64,000 bases of DNA from positions 192,001 through 256,000 of the forward strand of contig CBDBLV010000005.1 of assembly GCA_965207225.1 (NCBI GenBank), in the 5' to 3' direction. Source of the DNA: Dehalococcoidia bacterium. GTDB lineage: Bacteria > Chloroflexota > Dehalococcoidia > Plut-88900. The notes under the pieces are model-generated. The model was given only the letters and a program-made list of their open reading frames with translations. It was not told the origin of the DNA and made no database searches. The stretch's first letter is position 1; each line of letters opens with the position of its first letter. Positions 29,801 through 41,648 of this stretch are shown piece after piece. Made by a program: the position numbers and the translations under genes.

Positions 29801-31309
29801 ATCGGGGTCGTAGAGCTGGAGGGTGACTCGCCGGTAGGAGTGGAGGTTGGGCAGGCTCTCCTCCCAGTGCTCCATAGCCAGAACGGAATTGGAAGGAACG
29901 TTCTCACGCACGTATTCCGAGGCCCGGGAGGCGGGGTGATCGTCCGTATAAACATTGGCGTAGGCAAATGAGTAGAAAACCGTTGCGAAGGCGATAAGGG
30001 CCACGGCAGCAATGCCGCCCCCGTAAAGCACGTTGGATTTGAAGGAAAGGGAGCGTAGCCGGGTCAGGCCCTTGTCGCCCAGATTAGCGGCCATGATGGC
30101 GAGAAATGGCGTGACCGGCAGCAGGTAGCGCAGGAACTTCACTTCGGCGAGACCCGTGATCAGGAAGAAAGGTACGAACCAGGCCAGGATAAGGATGTCG
30201 GGCCGGGTGCGCTTCAGGGCCGCCCTGACTGCCGTAAACCCGAGACCCGCCCACATCAGAAGCGCCAGCGGCAGCCCCACCCCCCATACAGAGAACTGCC
30301 AGATGTGGTAGGCGAAGGGCAGGCTGTCGTCGTACTGGCGGGTGTAGGGGAAGTCAATGACGCGGCGGACCATCTGGCTCTGCTGGTAGGCGTCGGCAGC
30401 GTAGTAAGGGAGGTCGAGGATGGCGTAGGGCTGGGCTACGGCGAAGGCGATAAATCCGAATATGGCGGCGATGCCCAGCTTTCGGAGGGCCGACTTCAGG
30501 GCGTCGGGGGTGGGGGTAAGGGTTTCCAGCGTTGATCCGTTGCGCAGGGCCAGAAGCCCGAGACCCACGGCGAAACCCGCCAGCATGGGCAGCGCGCTGA
30601 ACTTGGAGGCCATGGCCAGCCCGAAAAAGAGGCCTGCCAGGGCCGCATCTCGTCTATGACCCTCTTCGGAGAGGCGGATGACGAAGAAGAATGAGAGGCA
30701 GCTGAAGAAGGTGAGCATGGCCTCGGTGGTGTAGAAGTGGGCCAGCTGGATATGCAGAACGGCGAAGGCGGAGAAGAACGCGGCCAGAAGCCCGACGCGC
30801 TCGTTGAAGAGGCGTCGGCCGATAAGGAAGACGACAAAGACTGTGCCCGTGTCGAAGAGGGCGGAAAGGACCCGACCCACGATGGTCAGGTCGTACATAT
30901 TGGAGTCTTCCACTCCCGGTATGACGTTGGCCACCCATCCCACCGCCCCGAGAAGATAGAAGGGCAGGCTCCCGTAGTCGTACACCCCGTGCCCCGAGGT
31001 GGCGCCGGGGGGTCTCGGGACGAGGGTGCTCTCCTGGACCCTGAACAGTTCCAACGGTGACTTGAGGGAGTCGAGAGACAGCTGTTGCGCGGTCCAGACC
31101 ACGGAGCGTTCGTCGGGGTGGAGGGAGTGGGGGGAGCCGGCGTCCCAGTTGGCGCCATAGAGCCGGAGCCCGAGAGCGAAGACCAGGATCAGTATGAGGA
31201 CAAGGGTGACTGGGGAGGGGCGGGGGAGGGTCAGTCCTGTACGCGCCTTTGTGCTAGCCTGACTCTCTTGCGCGGAGCGATCTTCGGAAGGGAGGTTGGC
31301 AAGCCACAT
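26816..31309 (-). CDS. GT-C fusion: PMT/ArnT-like glycosyltransferase + DUF2298 (Chlor_Arch_YYY) domain
   Basis: HPDE motif; GEKPMDFAYLNA, PPYDPWFSG..LNYYYFG, ITEFPFFSFLYADLHAH, RMNTVFKFY. Confidence 0.88.
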   Translation of the reverse strand: MWLANLPSEDRSAQESQASTKARTGLTLPRPSPVTLVLILILVFALGLRLYGANWDAGSPHSLHPDERSVVWTAQQLSLDSLKSPLELFRVQESTLVPRPPGATSGHGVYDYGSLPFYLLGAVGWVANVIPGVEDSNMYDLTIVGRVLSALFDTGTVFVVFLIGRRLFNERVGLLAAFFSAFAVLHIQLAHFYTTEAMLTFFSCLSFFFVIRLSEEGHRRDAALAGLFFGLAMASKFSALPMLAGFAVGLGLLALRNGSTLETLTPTPDALKSALRKLGIAAIFGFIAFAVAQPYAILDLPYYAADAYQQSQMVRRVIDFPYTRQYDDSLPFAYHIWQFSVWGVGLPLALLMWAGLGFTAVRAALKRTRPDILILAWFVPFFLITGLAEVKFLRYLLPVTPFLAIMAANLGDKGLTRLRSLSFKSNVLYGGGIAAVALIAFATVFYSFAYANVYTDDHPASRASEYVRENVPSNSVLAMEHWEESLPNLHSYRRVTLQLYDPDDVPIQYTDHDGFTVVGSKADHLADALANSDYVILFSNRLYGSIPTLPDRYPLSTRYYKLLFSGELGFEVDYVAEAHPNFLGVSFVHDTFSRPGLMAPAALGPGRVSGLALDLGHADDSFTNYEHPTPIILKNVGQLNEATLRTLLETPLPGETIRAPPTPGIPERGMLSEKSAVRQQEGGTFSDIFERTSFANRAPGLVWYIAIQIIAFAVLPIGLFLFRRLPDGGYLLSKALGLLLVAYLAWLLASLGILEFSAVGLWLMILAVALVSGLLVWRGEVDVLDFFRRRWKLILFCEAIFVVALVSFFGIRAWNPDLWHPWRGGEKPMDFAYLNAVTRSTEMPPYDPWFSGGHLNYYYFGQFQVASLTKLTGILPSTAFNLAIALVFALTVGGAFSLIYNLAASRNGGGDRAPPPSPSGPYLAGIAGAVFVAIIGNLDGMVQLVQAMWRVTFGDGELGVFDYWRSSRVIDTSAQGGLNSCGGCEITEFPFFSFLYADLHAHLIALPFAILALGLGLALVLGAANGCSTRAWAARIAVLGLAVGALFTINSWDYPTYLLLSLGVVFLATLAFTKGRVSGRTVVLVGAGGLGVWLLGILFFAPFHLSYEGSVDFPFIEPNEFATPLYQYLAIHGIFLFIAISYLFYRLWQEFPIRSSLRSPTAFLRLAALRAQWLWPVVGIVILLAAMAGFGYHTAAFATVVLLLTALVGIKLLIKREEGSGPELFALLMLAVALALGIGVEFFKVKLVDPGRMNTVFKFYFHAWTLMALASAYFAWRLGAMAIPPKFTARRIAWTQLLVVLIVAGMVYPVAATPERSKQRFNDSPTTIDGMAYMPGAVYYDDRDRSGSIEPHEVLELGWDYHAIIWLQDNLEGSPVILEGNSGLYTWGSRVSVYTGLPTVVGWDWHQQQQRWEDRDHVSARRADVQALYTATDLDYTRRLIEKYNVRYIYVGQLERLYYPQPGLDKFELMARDGLLEPIYPTPTSPNPEVKIYRVPF

Positions 31310-31404
31310 CCGGGCCTCGGATCACCCTCACCCTAGCCCTCTCCCATCGAGGGAGAGGGGACAGGACCTCTCTTCCCCCAGGGGAGGGAGTTGCTCATTT
31401 GCAC

Positions 31405-32418
<1,014 letters not shown>

Positions 32419-32492
32419 TCAGTTCCTCCAAATGGTGGGCTATACGAGAATGTAACTCTTTGTCGAGCCTGGTTCTTCTAGTTCCGAAATCC

Positions 32493-32828
32493 TTAGTCCT
32501 TCATTGCCCTGGACGGTCGCCACTCCCATTTTCCTTCCCCGAACCGGCGCTTAATCTCATCCGCCAGGGTTGGGGTTTCACGCAAATGGTTGAACAAACC
32601 CATCACCTCCGGGCTGTCGAAACCGTAGTAGTCTCTCCGTATGTGGTAGTGACAAGAATCGCACAGCCACGCCGCCGGGTACTTCTCGTCTCCTTCGTAC
32701 CAATGCAGTTCATTTCCCCAGTAATAGGCTTCATCATGCCAACCAGTGACATTGACGCATTCGTACAGATGCAAGGCCTCCGGGATTGGAGCGGATTCCC
32801 ACGGCCTGCGTTTTATGTTCTCGGTCAA
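32493..32828 (-). CDS. Hypothetical protein, Trp/Tyr-rich with CxxC
   Basis: ORF on operon strand between eno and gap; lower GC; WLCDSC. Confidence 0.55.
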   Translation of the reverse strand: MTENIKRRPWESAPIPEALHLYECVNVTGWHDEAYYWGNELHWYEGDEKYPAAWLCDSCHYHIRRDYYGFDSPEVMGLFNHLRETPTLADEIKRRFGEGKWEWRPSRAMKD

Positions 32829-32844
32829 GGTACACCAGCCTGAC

Positions 32845-33015
32845 CTACTGCCCTTCCAGCTTGGACAGGGCCCGACGGTTGTTCCACTCCTCGTTGTCGT
32901 AGGTTGAGAGACCCTCGGCCCGGTTGAGGGCGTCCTTGTAGCAGGACATGCAGTAGACGTTGTACTCCCGACGGAGCCACCTTTCGACCTTCTTGCTGCA
33001 CACGCTGCAGTTCAT
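32845..33015 (-). CDS. Small 56-aa zinc-ribbon-like protein (not in ORF track)
   Basis: MNCSVCSKKVERWLRREYNVYCMSCYKDAL...; GGAGG SD 7 nt before ATG; host-like codon use. Confidence 0.7.
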   Translation of the reverse strand: MNCSVCSKKVERWLRREYNVYCMSCYKDALNRAEGLSTYDNEEWNNRRALSKLEGQ

Positions 33016-33054
33016 GTTCACGCCTCCCGATACTGGAGCCGGCCGCCAGCACCA

Positions 33055-34908
<1,854 letters not shown>

Positions 34909-35034
34909 TTACTGCTCGACCCTTCGACTCCGCTCAGGAATGACGGGGCACGGGGGAGGGGATGCGCTCAGTACCAAGGATGTATTCCCGATCGGAGTCG
35001 GGTGTGGGGTGGGGATGAGAGTTCAGGAGTAATT

Positions 35035-35090
35035 CTACATTTGTTCTTGACTTCTAAAACAGAACGTATATACTGTTAGCAAATCTGTTC
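35035..35090 (+). promoter_or_regulatory. Sigma70-like promoter of capsid operon with LexA-like (GAAC-N4-GTTC) boxes
   Basis: TTGACT 35047, 16 nt, TATACT 35069; degenerate boxes CTACATTTGTTC (35035), GAACGTATATAC (35062), GCAAATCTGTTC (35079). Confidence 0.55.
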
Positions 35091-35106
35091 AGCTAAGGAG
35101 GAATTT

Positions 35107-35535
35107 ATGTCCGAAGAACCTACAGCCCAGGGCCCCGATCCCGAGTCGTCACCGGACGACGTTGAAGCCCCGATACCCGAGGAATCACCCCCGGAGGAGT
35201 CGCCGGAGATAAAGCGCCTGAACCTTCTGATTGCCGAGAAGGACGCAGAGATCAAAGGGATCAAGCAGCAGGTCGAACTGGCCGTGGGTAGATACCGCAG
35301 CGTTCTGATAGCCGGATCCCCAGAGCTGCCGGAAGAACTGGTGCAAGGAAGCACCATCGAGGAGCTGGACCGCTCCGTGGAATCGGCGAAGAAGATCGTC
35401 GAGAAGGTGGTGTCCCGCATCGAGGCCTGGGCCCCGGAGGCCCGGGTGCCGTCGGGGGCGCCTGCCCGGCGACCCGCTGATGTCTTGGGTCTCAGCGCCC
35501 GGGAAAAGATCCTGTACGCAATCAACAAGAGCTAG
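35107..35535 (+). CDS. Putative capsid scaffolding protein
   Basis: Acidic Pro-rich N-terminus, coiled coil, short C-terminal helix (LSAREKI); directly upstream of major capsid gene; AAGGAGG SD. Confidence 0.65.
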   Translation: MSEEPTAQGPDPESSPDDVEAPIPEESPPEESPEIKRLNLLIAEKDAEIKGIKQQVELAVGRYRSVLIAGSPELPEELVQGSTIEELDRSVESAKKIVEKVVSRIEAWAPEARVPSGAPARRPADVLGLSAREKILYAINKS

Positions 35536-35568
35536 CCATAGCACACGAATAGCAAGGAGGAAAAACAT

Positions 35569-36459
35569 ATGGCATTAACGCTTACTGAGTCCGCAAAGCT
35601 GTCCAACGACGTGCTCCTGTCGGGAGTGGTCGAGACCATAGTCAACGAGAGTCCGGTGCTCCAGCACCTGCCTTTCATCGAGATAGTCGGCAACTCCCTG
35701 ACCTACAACCGGGAGAACGCCGCCCCCACCGTAGCCTTCTACGACGTGGGTGATGCCTGGGCCGAGTCCACGCCCACATTCACCCAGGTAACCGCCACTC
35801 TGAAGATCCTCGGGGGCGACGCCGACGTGGACAACTACGTGGCGGCGACCCGCAGCAACATCCAGGACCTGGGGGCCGCGGTAGTCGAGCTGAAGGCCAA
35901 GGCCGTCCAGCAGAAGTTCGACGACACGTTCATCAACGGAGACACCGACGACAACGCCAAGGCATTCGACGGGATAGACAAGCTGACGCCGGAAAGCCAG
36001 ACGGTAAGCATGGGTGACAACGGAGCGACCCTGACGCTGGACAAGCTGGATGAGCTGATAGACAAAGTGAAGACCGGCAAGCCCGACATGCTGATCATGA
36101 GCCGGAGGACCCGGCGCAAGATGAACTCGCTGGTACGGGACTCCGGAAGCGGGTTCCTGCAGACGGACCGCAACATGCTCGGCCGGATGGTCCAGTACTA
36201 CGACGGCGTGCCCATCGGGATCAGCGACTGGGTGTCCGACGAGCAGAGGGCCGGGACCAGCCGGGACAGCTCCACGGTTTACGCTGTGCAATTCGGCGAG
36301 GAAGGGGTGTCGGGGCTGACGGGGTCCTCGGGGCTGCAGGTCGAGCGGGTCGGGAGCCTGGAGACCAAGGACGCCACCCGGACCCGGGTCAAATGGTACG
36401 TGGCCGTAGCCCTCTTCAGCACGGTGAAGCTGGCAAAGCTCACGGGAGTGCGGAACTAG
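35569..36459 (+). CDS. Phage-type major capsid protein (HK97-like fold)
   Basis: About 300 aa; SPVLQHLPF, TYNRE, ILGGDADVD, FINGD...FDGI, R.RVKWY..VAL pattern of capsid proteins; strong SD. Confidence 0.85.
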   Translation: MALTLTESAKLSNDVLLSGVVETIVNESPVLQHLPFIEIVGNSLTYNRENAAPTVAFYDVGDAWAESTPTFTQVTATLKILGGDADVDNYVAATRSNIQDLGAAVVELKAKAVQQKFDDTFINGDTDDNAKAFDGIDKLTPESQTVSMGDNGATLTLDKLDELIDKVKTGKPDMLIMSRRTRRKMNSLVRDSGSGFLQTDRNMLGRMVQYYDGVPIGISDWVSDEQRAGTSRDSSTVYAVQFGEEGVSGLTGSSGLQVERVGSLETKDATRTRVKWYVAVALFSTVKLAKLTGVRN

Positions 36460-36491
36460 CCCGGGCCCCGGGAGCAAGAGGGAGGCAACCC

Positions 36492-37112
36492 ATGACAACG
36501 CTAACCGACATCCGGGCCCGCGTCCGCACTGACCTGCACGATGAAGACGCCGGGGAGTACCGCTGGGCCAGCGCAGAGCTGGACCGGCACGTCTCCCACG
36601 CCCTCCGGGAACTCAGCCTGGCCGTACCCGTTGAGAGCAAGGCGAACCTGGAGGTCCCCGCCGGGTCACGGGACATCTCCCTTTCTTCCCTGGCCGGCCT
36701 GGTGCTCGTCGATTCCGTCGAGTACCCGGCCCGTCAGTTCCCGCCGGCTTACGTCGAGTTCCGGGTCTGGGGAGACACCCTGACCCTACTCACGGAACAG
36801 ACCCCGAGCGAAGGAGAAGAGGCCGCTGTCTACTACGGCAAGCTCCACACGCTGAACTACACGTCTTCGACGGTTCCGGAAGCGCTGGAAGACGTGCTGG
36901 TGGCGGGGGCGTCGGGCTACGCGGCGCTCAGTATGTCCGGGTTCACGATAAACCGGATCAATGCCGGCGGCGACGCAGTGTGGAGGGACTACATGGCATG
37001 GGGTCGGGAGCGGATGAACGTCTTTCACCGGGCGTTGGCGAAGCACGGGCGCGGGGGCAGGCTCAGGGCCCGACAGCTTCGCCGCGCAATGCCTGCGGCA
37101 GGGAACCGATAG
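36492..37112 (+). CDS. Putative head-tail adaptor / head completion protein
   Basis: MTTLTDIRARVR.DL.D....RW...ELD N-terminus typical of adaptor proteins; follows capsid gene; GGAGG SD. Confidence 0.6.
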   Translation: MTTLTDIRARVRTDLHDEDAGEYRWASAELDRHVSHALRELSLAVPVESKANLEVPAGSRDISLSSLAGLVLVDSVEYPARQFPPAYVEFRVWGDTLTLLTEQTPSEGEEAAVYYGKLHTLNYTSSTVPEALEDVLVAGASGYAALSMSGFTINRINAGGDAVWRDYMAWGRERMNVFHRALAKHGRGGRLRARQLRRAMPAAGNR

Positions 37113-37113
37113 C

Positions 37114-39105
37114 ATGAGAGCTTTGTCCGACGCTCTGTTAAAGGCGCAAAGATCGGCGTCGTCCCGTCCATGGGTCAGGGTGGAGGCGCTGGACCGGATG
37201 GCGGGTATAGCCCGCCTCCGGTTCCGGCGCCTCCATACCGGATCCGAGTCCGAGGGGCCTCACGCTCTGACGATCCCCGCCGACGGGAGCCTCGTCCGGG
37301 CCCGCATCGATCCATCAAATGGCCACATCCTCTACTACCAGCGGGTTGCCATCCCCTCTTCGGCCTCCGACTTCACGCGCTGGATCTCCTTAGGCGCCGT
37401 TTCCAGGGACGCAGAGGTGGCGCTGTGCTCCAGGGGGTCAGAAGTCTTGCTGTTCTCGGTATCCACCAACCGACGCACAATCTACGTCCGCACCAGCACC
37501 GACAGCGGAGCGACCTTTGGGCAACCCGTCTACGTCACCACCGCCTTTTCGACGGTTGCATCGCTGGCCGCTGCTTTCAAACCCGACGGCACGGCTCTGC
37601 TGCTTTACGTGATTGGGAACGGACTCTACGCAATTCGGCGCTCCGCCGGGAGCTGGGGATCGACCCGCATCTGGACAAACGCCCTGTCCCGCATTGACGG
37701 TGTGGCTGCCTACTTCAACAACGATTGGAACGTGGTGGTCACGGGTCGGGATGCCGGGAACAGCAAGAATGGGGTGTGGGGAACGATGCTCGGAGACGGA
37801 GCGGACCGGGCCGCAGGTACATGGTCGGGGTTAAAGGTCATCACGGAGTCGAGACCCGGTCAGGCCCTGGACTACAGCGCTCCTTCCCTTGACAGGCCGG
37901 ATGTGGACAGGCTTTTCTTCACCGAGCAGGTCACGGGGCAAGGCGGGCATAACAGACCCTTTTTCACCTTTACGACGCCCTCGACATCCTTTTCGGACAG
38001 CCTCTGGCGGGAGCCCGCAGCCTTTGAATTCGACTCGGCCTATGGCATGGCCCTGGCGCACACATCCGACCAGGCCTGGCTCTCGACGGCCAACGGCGTT
38101 TGGTCTGCGCCCATTAATCCCCCACCCCTGGACCTGAGTGAAAACATTGTCTCGGTGAACGGCAAGGAATCAACTAGGTCTGCCAGATGGCAAATCGAGC
38201 TGCGCAACGACGACGGACGGTATTCGAAACCAGGAGAAGGCAATTTGGAGCTCTTGGCCAAGGGTTCGGAGGTGAGGGTCGGGCTGGGTTACGTGACTGG
38301 GCAAGGCAGGCAGTCTTCTCCATGCTCTCCTGTCTGGATAGAAAGCCTGGAGCATCGCCGCGTTGGAGGAAGCTCCACCCTAGTAGTCCATGCTACGGGT
38401 GCCTGGGGGCTGCTGGACTGGCAGCAGGCGCGCCGGGAGCGAACGTGGGCCGTAGGAGATGCGACCGTATTCCAGATACTTAGGTCAGTCCTCGCCCGGG
38501 CGGGCTACGAATGCACGAGCCTGTCCTCCAACTTCCTGCTGGACAACCACCGGCCCGAATTCCTGGTCGAGGAGTCGGAGCCGCTGGACATGGTGGTCGA
38601 GCGGCTCATGGCCTACATGCCGGACGTGCTGCTGACAGCATCGAGAGGCGGCTTCACTCTACGAACACCCTCGGCCGACGAGGAGACGACATATATGTAC
38701 GGCTCTGGACATGGGATCCGGGAGGGGAACTACCTGGACCCGGTCCCGAGGCACAGCCGGGCAATAGTCTTTGGGTCGGGGCACACCAGTGATGTGCCGG
38801 ACTGGTCGGACTTCCCCGACCTCTTTGACAGGCCCATCCACGTCCACGACGAAAGCCTCGACACCCGGGAGAAGACCGACGCGCGGGCCTTTGCCGAGAC
38901 GCGGCGGATGGCAATCCACACCGCTAGGGGAAGCATCACCCTGCGCGTCAACGCCGGCCAGGAACTCTATGACGTGATAGAGGTGACGGACACGGCAGTC
39001 GGCCTCACTTTGGCCAACTACCGGGTGCTTGGGCTGGAGACGCGTTACGTAGCCGGGCCACGGGGGTCTCGGTACGACCAGGTGATCCGGTTGGGCGGGG
39101 TTTAG
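37114..39105 (+). CDS. Putative virion tail/hub protein with N-terminal Asp-box beta-propeller
   Basis: STDSGATF Asp-box; C-half resembles baseplate hub proteins (IELRNDDGRY, GQELYDVIEVTD...YRVLGLE). Confidence 0.55.
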   Translation: MRALSDALLKAQRSASSRPWVRVEALDRMAGIARLRFRRLHTGSESEGPHALTIPADGSLVRARIDPSNGHILYYQRVAIPSSASDFTRWISLGAVSRDAEVALCSRGSEVLLFSVSTNRRTIYVRTSTDSGATFGQPVYVTTAFSTVASLAAAFKPDGTALLLYVIGNGLYAIRRSAGSWGSTRIWTNALSRIDGVAAYFNNDWNVVVTGRDAGNSKNGVWGTMLGDGADRAAGTWSGLKVITESRPGQALDYSAPSLDRPDVDRLFFTEQVTGQGGHNRPFFTFTTPSTSFSDSLWREPAAFEFDSAYGMALAHTSDQAWLSTANGVWSAPINPPPLDLSENIVSVNGKESTRSARWQIELRNDDGRYSKPGEGNLELLAKGSEVRVGLGYVTGQGRQSSPCSPVWIESLEHRRVGGSSTLVVHATGAWGLLDWQQARRERTWAVGDATVFQILRSVLARAGYECTSLSSNFLLDNHRPEFLVEESEPLDMVVERLMAYMPDVLLTASRGGFTLRTPSADEETTYMYGSGHGIREGNYLDPVPRHSRAIVFGSGHTSDVPDWSDFPDLFDRPIHVHDESLDTREKTDARAFAETRRMAIHTARGSITLRVNAGQELYDVIEVTDTAVGLTLANYRVLGLETRYVAGPRGSRYDQVIRLGGV

Positions 39106-39164
39106 GCAGCCGGATCTGCGGCAGCCCAACCGAATACCTTCCATCGTATGCAGCCGATGTCCCT

Positions 39165-39701
39165 TTACTCAGACCCCAGAACGCCCCCCGTGATTATAAG
39201 AACGATTACGTACAGGACTACCCAGGGTATCGCCGAAACAATTACCACGAAGAAGGCCCGCAGAGTCGAGGTGTAGTCCAAGGCCTGTCGGACGCCCACT
39301 ACCATGGCAGCGACACTCCAGACGAAGGCCACCAGGACTATTAGGCCTCCTACGGCCGGGATGAAAGACAATACGTTGAACAGCCCCGGGGTCTGAGCGA
39401 AGCCCGTGCACCGGGCAAGCTGGCCCCAGTTGGCTTCCGTATCGGCCGTCTTGCATATGGTTGCTCCGATAACATATGTAACAAGAGCCCACAGGGCCCA
39501 GCCGATTACTCCCAAGACCACACCGGCAACCACCGACCGCACCACGTCGATTTCTTCGCCGCTCAGCAGCTCGCCAACCAGGCTGGCGATGGTTACCATG
39601 ACCACGATGGCGAGGGCCTGGAGGGTTGCGCCTCTATCCCTTTCTACATCCTCGTAGGTGTGGGAGTCCAATCGGGCGGCGCCTAACATTCTGGCTAACA
39701 T
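39165..39701 (-). CDS. YIP1 family membrane protein
   Basis: AARLD..TYEDVE.D..AT.QA, R..GFAQTP, VRQALD; five TM helices. Confidence 0.8.
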   Translation of the reverse strand: MLARMLGAARLDSHTYEDVERDRGATLQALAIVVMVTIASLVGELLSGEEIDVVRSVVAGVVLGVIGWALWALVTYVIGATICKTADTEANWGQLARCTGFAQTPGLFNVLSFIPAVGGLIVLVAFVWSVAAMVVGVRQALDYTSTLRAFFVVIVSAIPWVVLYVIVLIITGGVLGSE

Positions 39702-39935
39702 TTCATCACCTCGATTCTGGGAGTGCGCACTTTTAACTTTCAGCCCAAGTTTGAACCTTGGAGGTTGGGCTGTGGGGCGACCAGCGGAAGGGCGCGAATG
39801 GGAATCATGTCTTAGACGGTAATGATAGCGGACTCGGGGGCCGGCGGGGAGGGGGTATGTTGACAGTGTAGGGAGTCGGGTGAAAAATAGCCTCCGCGCA
39901 GGACATCCCTTGAACCCTCTTTCACGCGGACTTGA

Positions 39936-41159
39936 TTGCAAACCACCCCTGAAAGCCCCCAACTCCGACGCTGGACAGTAGTTGCCTCCCTCACTTCCTG
40001 TGTAGGCACGTCCCTCAGCATCGTCTTCATCATCGGGATACTGCTTCCTGAAATCTCGGAAGAGTTGGACCTTTCGCCGCTGGCCCAGGGTTGGCTGGGG
40101 TCATCCGTCCTCATAGCCAACCTGATATTCTGCATCCCCGTTAACCTGGTCACATCCAGGTTCAGGCCGTGGCGGACGGTGACGCTGCTGTTTCTCGGGG
40201 TAACGGGCTCGGCGCTGCTGCAGAGCTGGACACCGGTGCTCGGGGCGCTGTTTATCGGTCGGGTGGGCTCCGGGCTCTTTTTCACCTCAACCCAGTCCCC
40301 CCGAGCCCTGCTCATCCAGCAATGGATCCCCGGACACCGCATCTCCTTCACCAACGGCCTGGCCTTTGCAGGCATAGACCTGATCATGGGCATTGGTTTC
40401 CTGGTCACGCCCCAGTTCCAGGCACTGGCCGGGGGATGGCGGGAGACGTTCTTCATCTGGTCGATGATCCTGCTGGGCCTGACGGTGGTCTGGATGATAG
40501 TCGGGGGGGAGAGGGTCACGGAGGAGTACGCGACCCGGGCCCGGGCCGAAACCTCGAGCCCCCTGAACGCCCTGCGCAACTACCGGCAGCTGTGGATCAT
40601 GGGGCTGGGGATGGGGGGCTCGATGGCGGCTCAGGCGGGGTTCCAGAACTTCTGGCCGACGCTGGCGGAGGATAAGCTGGGTTTCGGGGCGGGGTTCGTG
40701 GGGTTGGCCCTGGGAGCTACCACCTTCGCCGCCGCCCCGACCGATTTCCTGGCTAACGCCATTCCCGGCCTGATCAGGCGCCGCACCCTGGTCCTTTCGG
40801 TGTGCAGCATAGCATCGGTAATCTCCCTGACCGGCATGGTCTACGCCACCTCCGCACCCCTGGCCCTGGGTCTGGCCGTGTTGAAGGGGTTCTCCTTCGC
40901 CTTTTTCCCCGTGCTGATGATCATGGTGTTCCTGATCCCGGGCATCAGGCCGAGAGAGATAGGCATAGGAATGTCGTTCATGGAGACGTCGATCTGGGGA
41001 GGGTCGGCGATCGGGCCGCTGCTGGTCGGGGGTCTGCAGCAGGCGACGGGAGACCTTCAGACAGCCCTGTTCATCAACGGGCTTCTGCCGTCGATACTCC
41101 TAGTGTCGGCGGGGATGCTGTACGTGAGGGAGCGGAGGGCGGCTTTGCAGTCGGGATGA
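39936..41159 (+). CDS. MFS transporter
   Basis: About 12 hydrophobic helices, GILLPEI..EL.LS pattern, 407 aa. Confidence 0.85.
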   Translation: MQTTPESPQLRRWTVVASLTSCVGTSLSIVFIIGILLPEISEELDLSPLAQGWLGSSVLIANLIFCIPVNLVTSRFRPWRTVTLLFLGVTGSALLQSWTPVLGALFIGRVGSGLFFTSTQSPRALLIQQWIPGHRISFTNGLAFAGIDLIMGIGFLVTPQFQALAGGWRETFFIWSMILLGLTVVWMIVGGERVTEEYATRARAETSSPLNALRNYRQLWIMGLGMGGSMAAQAGFQNFWPTLAEDKLGFGAGFVGLALGATTFAAAPTDFLANAIPGLIRRRTLVLSVCSIASVISLTGMVYATSAPLALGLAVLKGFSFAFFPVLMIMVFLIPGIRPREIGIGMSFMETSIWGGSAIGPLLVGGLQQATGDLQTALFINGLLPSILLVSAGMLYVRERRAALQSG

Positions 41160-41225
41160 GGGTCGGATAACGGCTTGCGACGAGGAGAAGGCAACCCGGC
41201 AACAAAAGGAGCGAATGACCTGGCG

Positions 41226-41435
41226 CTAATTCAGCAGCACAGCCGTCGTCACCCCGCTGGCAACAGCCGCAAGGATCGACCCGATAATCCCAATGCTGAC
41301 CCACAGCAGCTTGTCCAGTTTGGATTCAAGCTTGTCAATCCGACCTTCCAGCCGGGTGAAACCACTTTCCAGTTGACGATGGCCCTCAATTAAGGCGCCA
41401 ATTGTTTGAGCAGTAGTAGTATCGACAGTAGTCAT
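41226..41435 (-). CDS. Small coiled-coil + C-terminal TM protein (XhlA/DUF1640-like)
   Basis: RLEGRIDKLESKLDKLLW followed by hydrophobic helix; lower GC. Confidence 0.65.
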   Translation of the reverse strand: MTTVDTTTAQTIGALIEGHRQLESGFTRLEGRIDKLESKLDKLLWVSIGIIGSILAAVASGVTTAVLLN

Positions 41436-41648
41436 GTGTGTCAGTCTCTAGGTGGATTGCTCATAGAATAATCAAGTCAATACATTGTGTCAAATTGTTG
41501 TATTTATTGACCCATTCGAGACGAGGCATGATTTACTTGTAGGGGACTTTGGCATCCTCCCAGTCTTAAGGTCCTAAGCTCCCCATCCCCCATGCTACAA
41601 TTACCCCCGTTCCCGACTCGGCATTTATCGCACATTTCGGAGGCACAC

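Noticed and set aside
35569-36459. Encapsulin nanocompartment
   Set aside because: Portal, terminase, adaptor and scaffold-like genes point to DNA packaging; no cargo enzyme is adjacent
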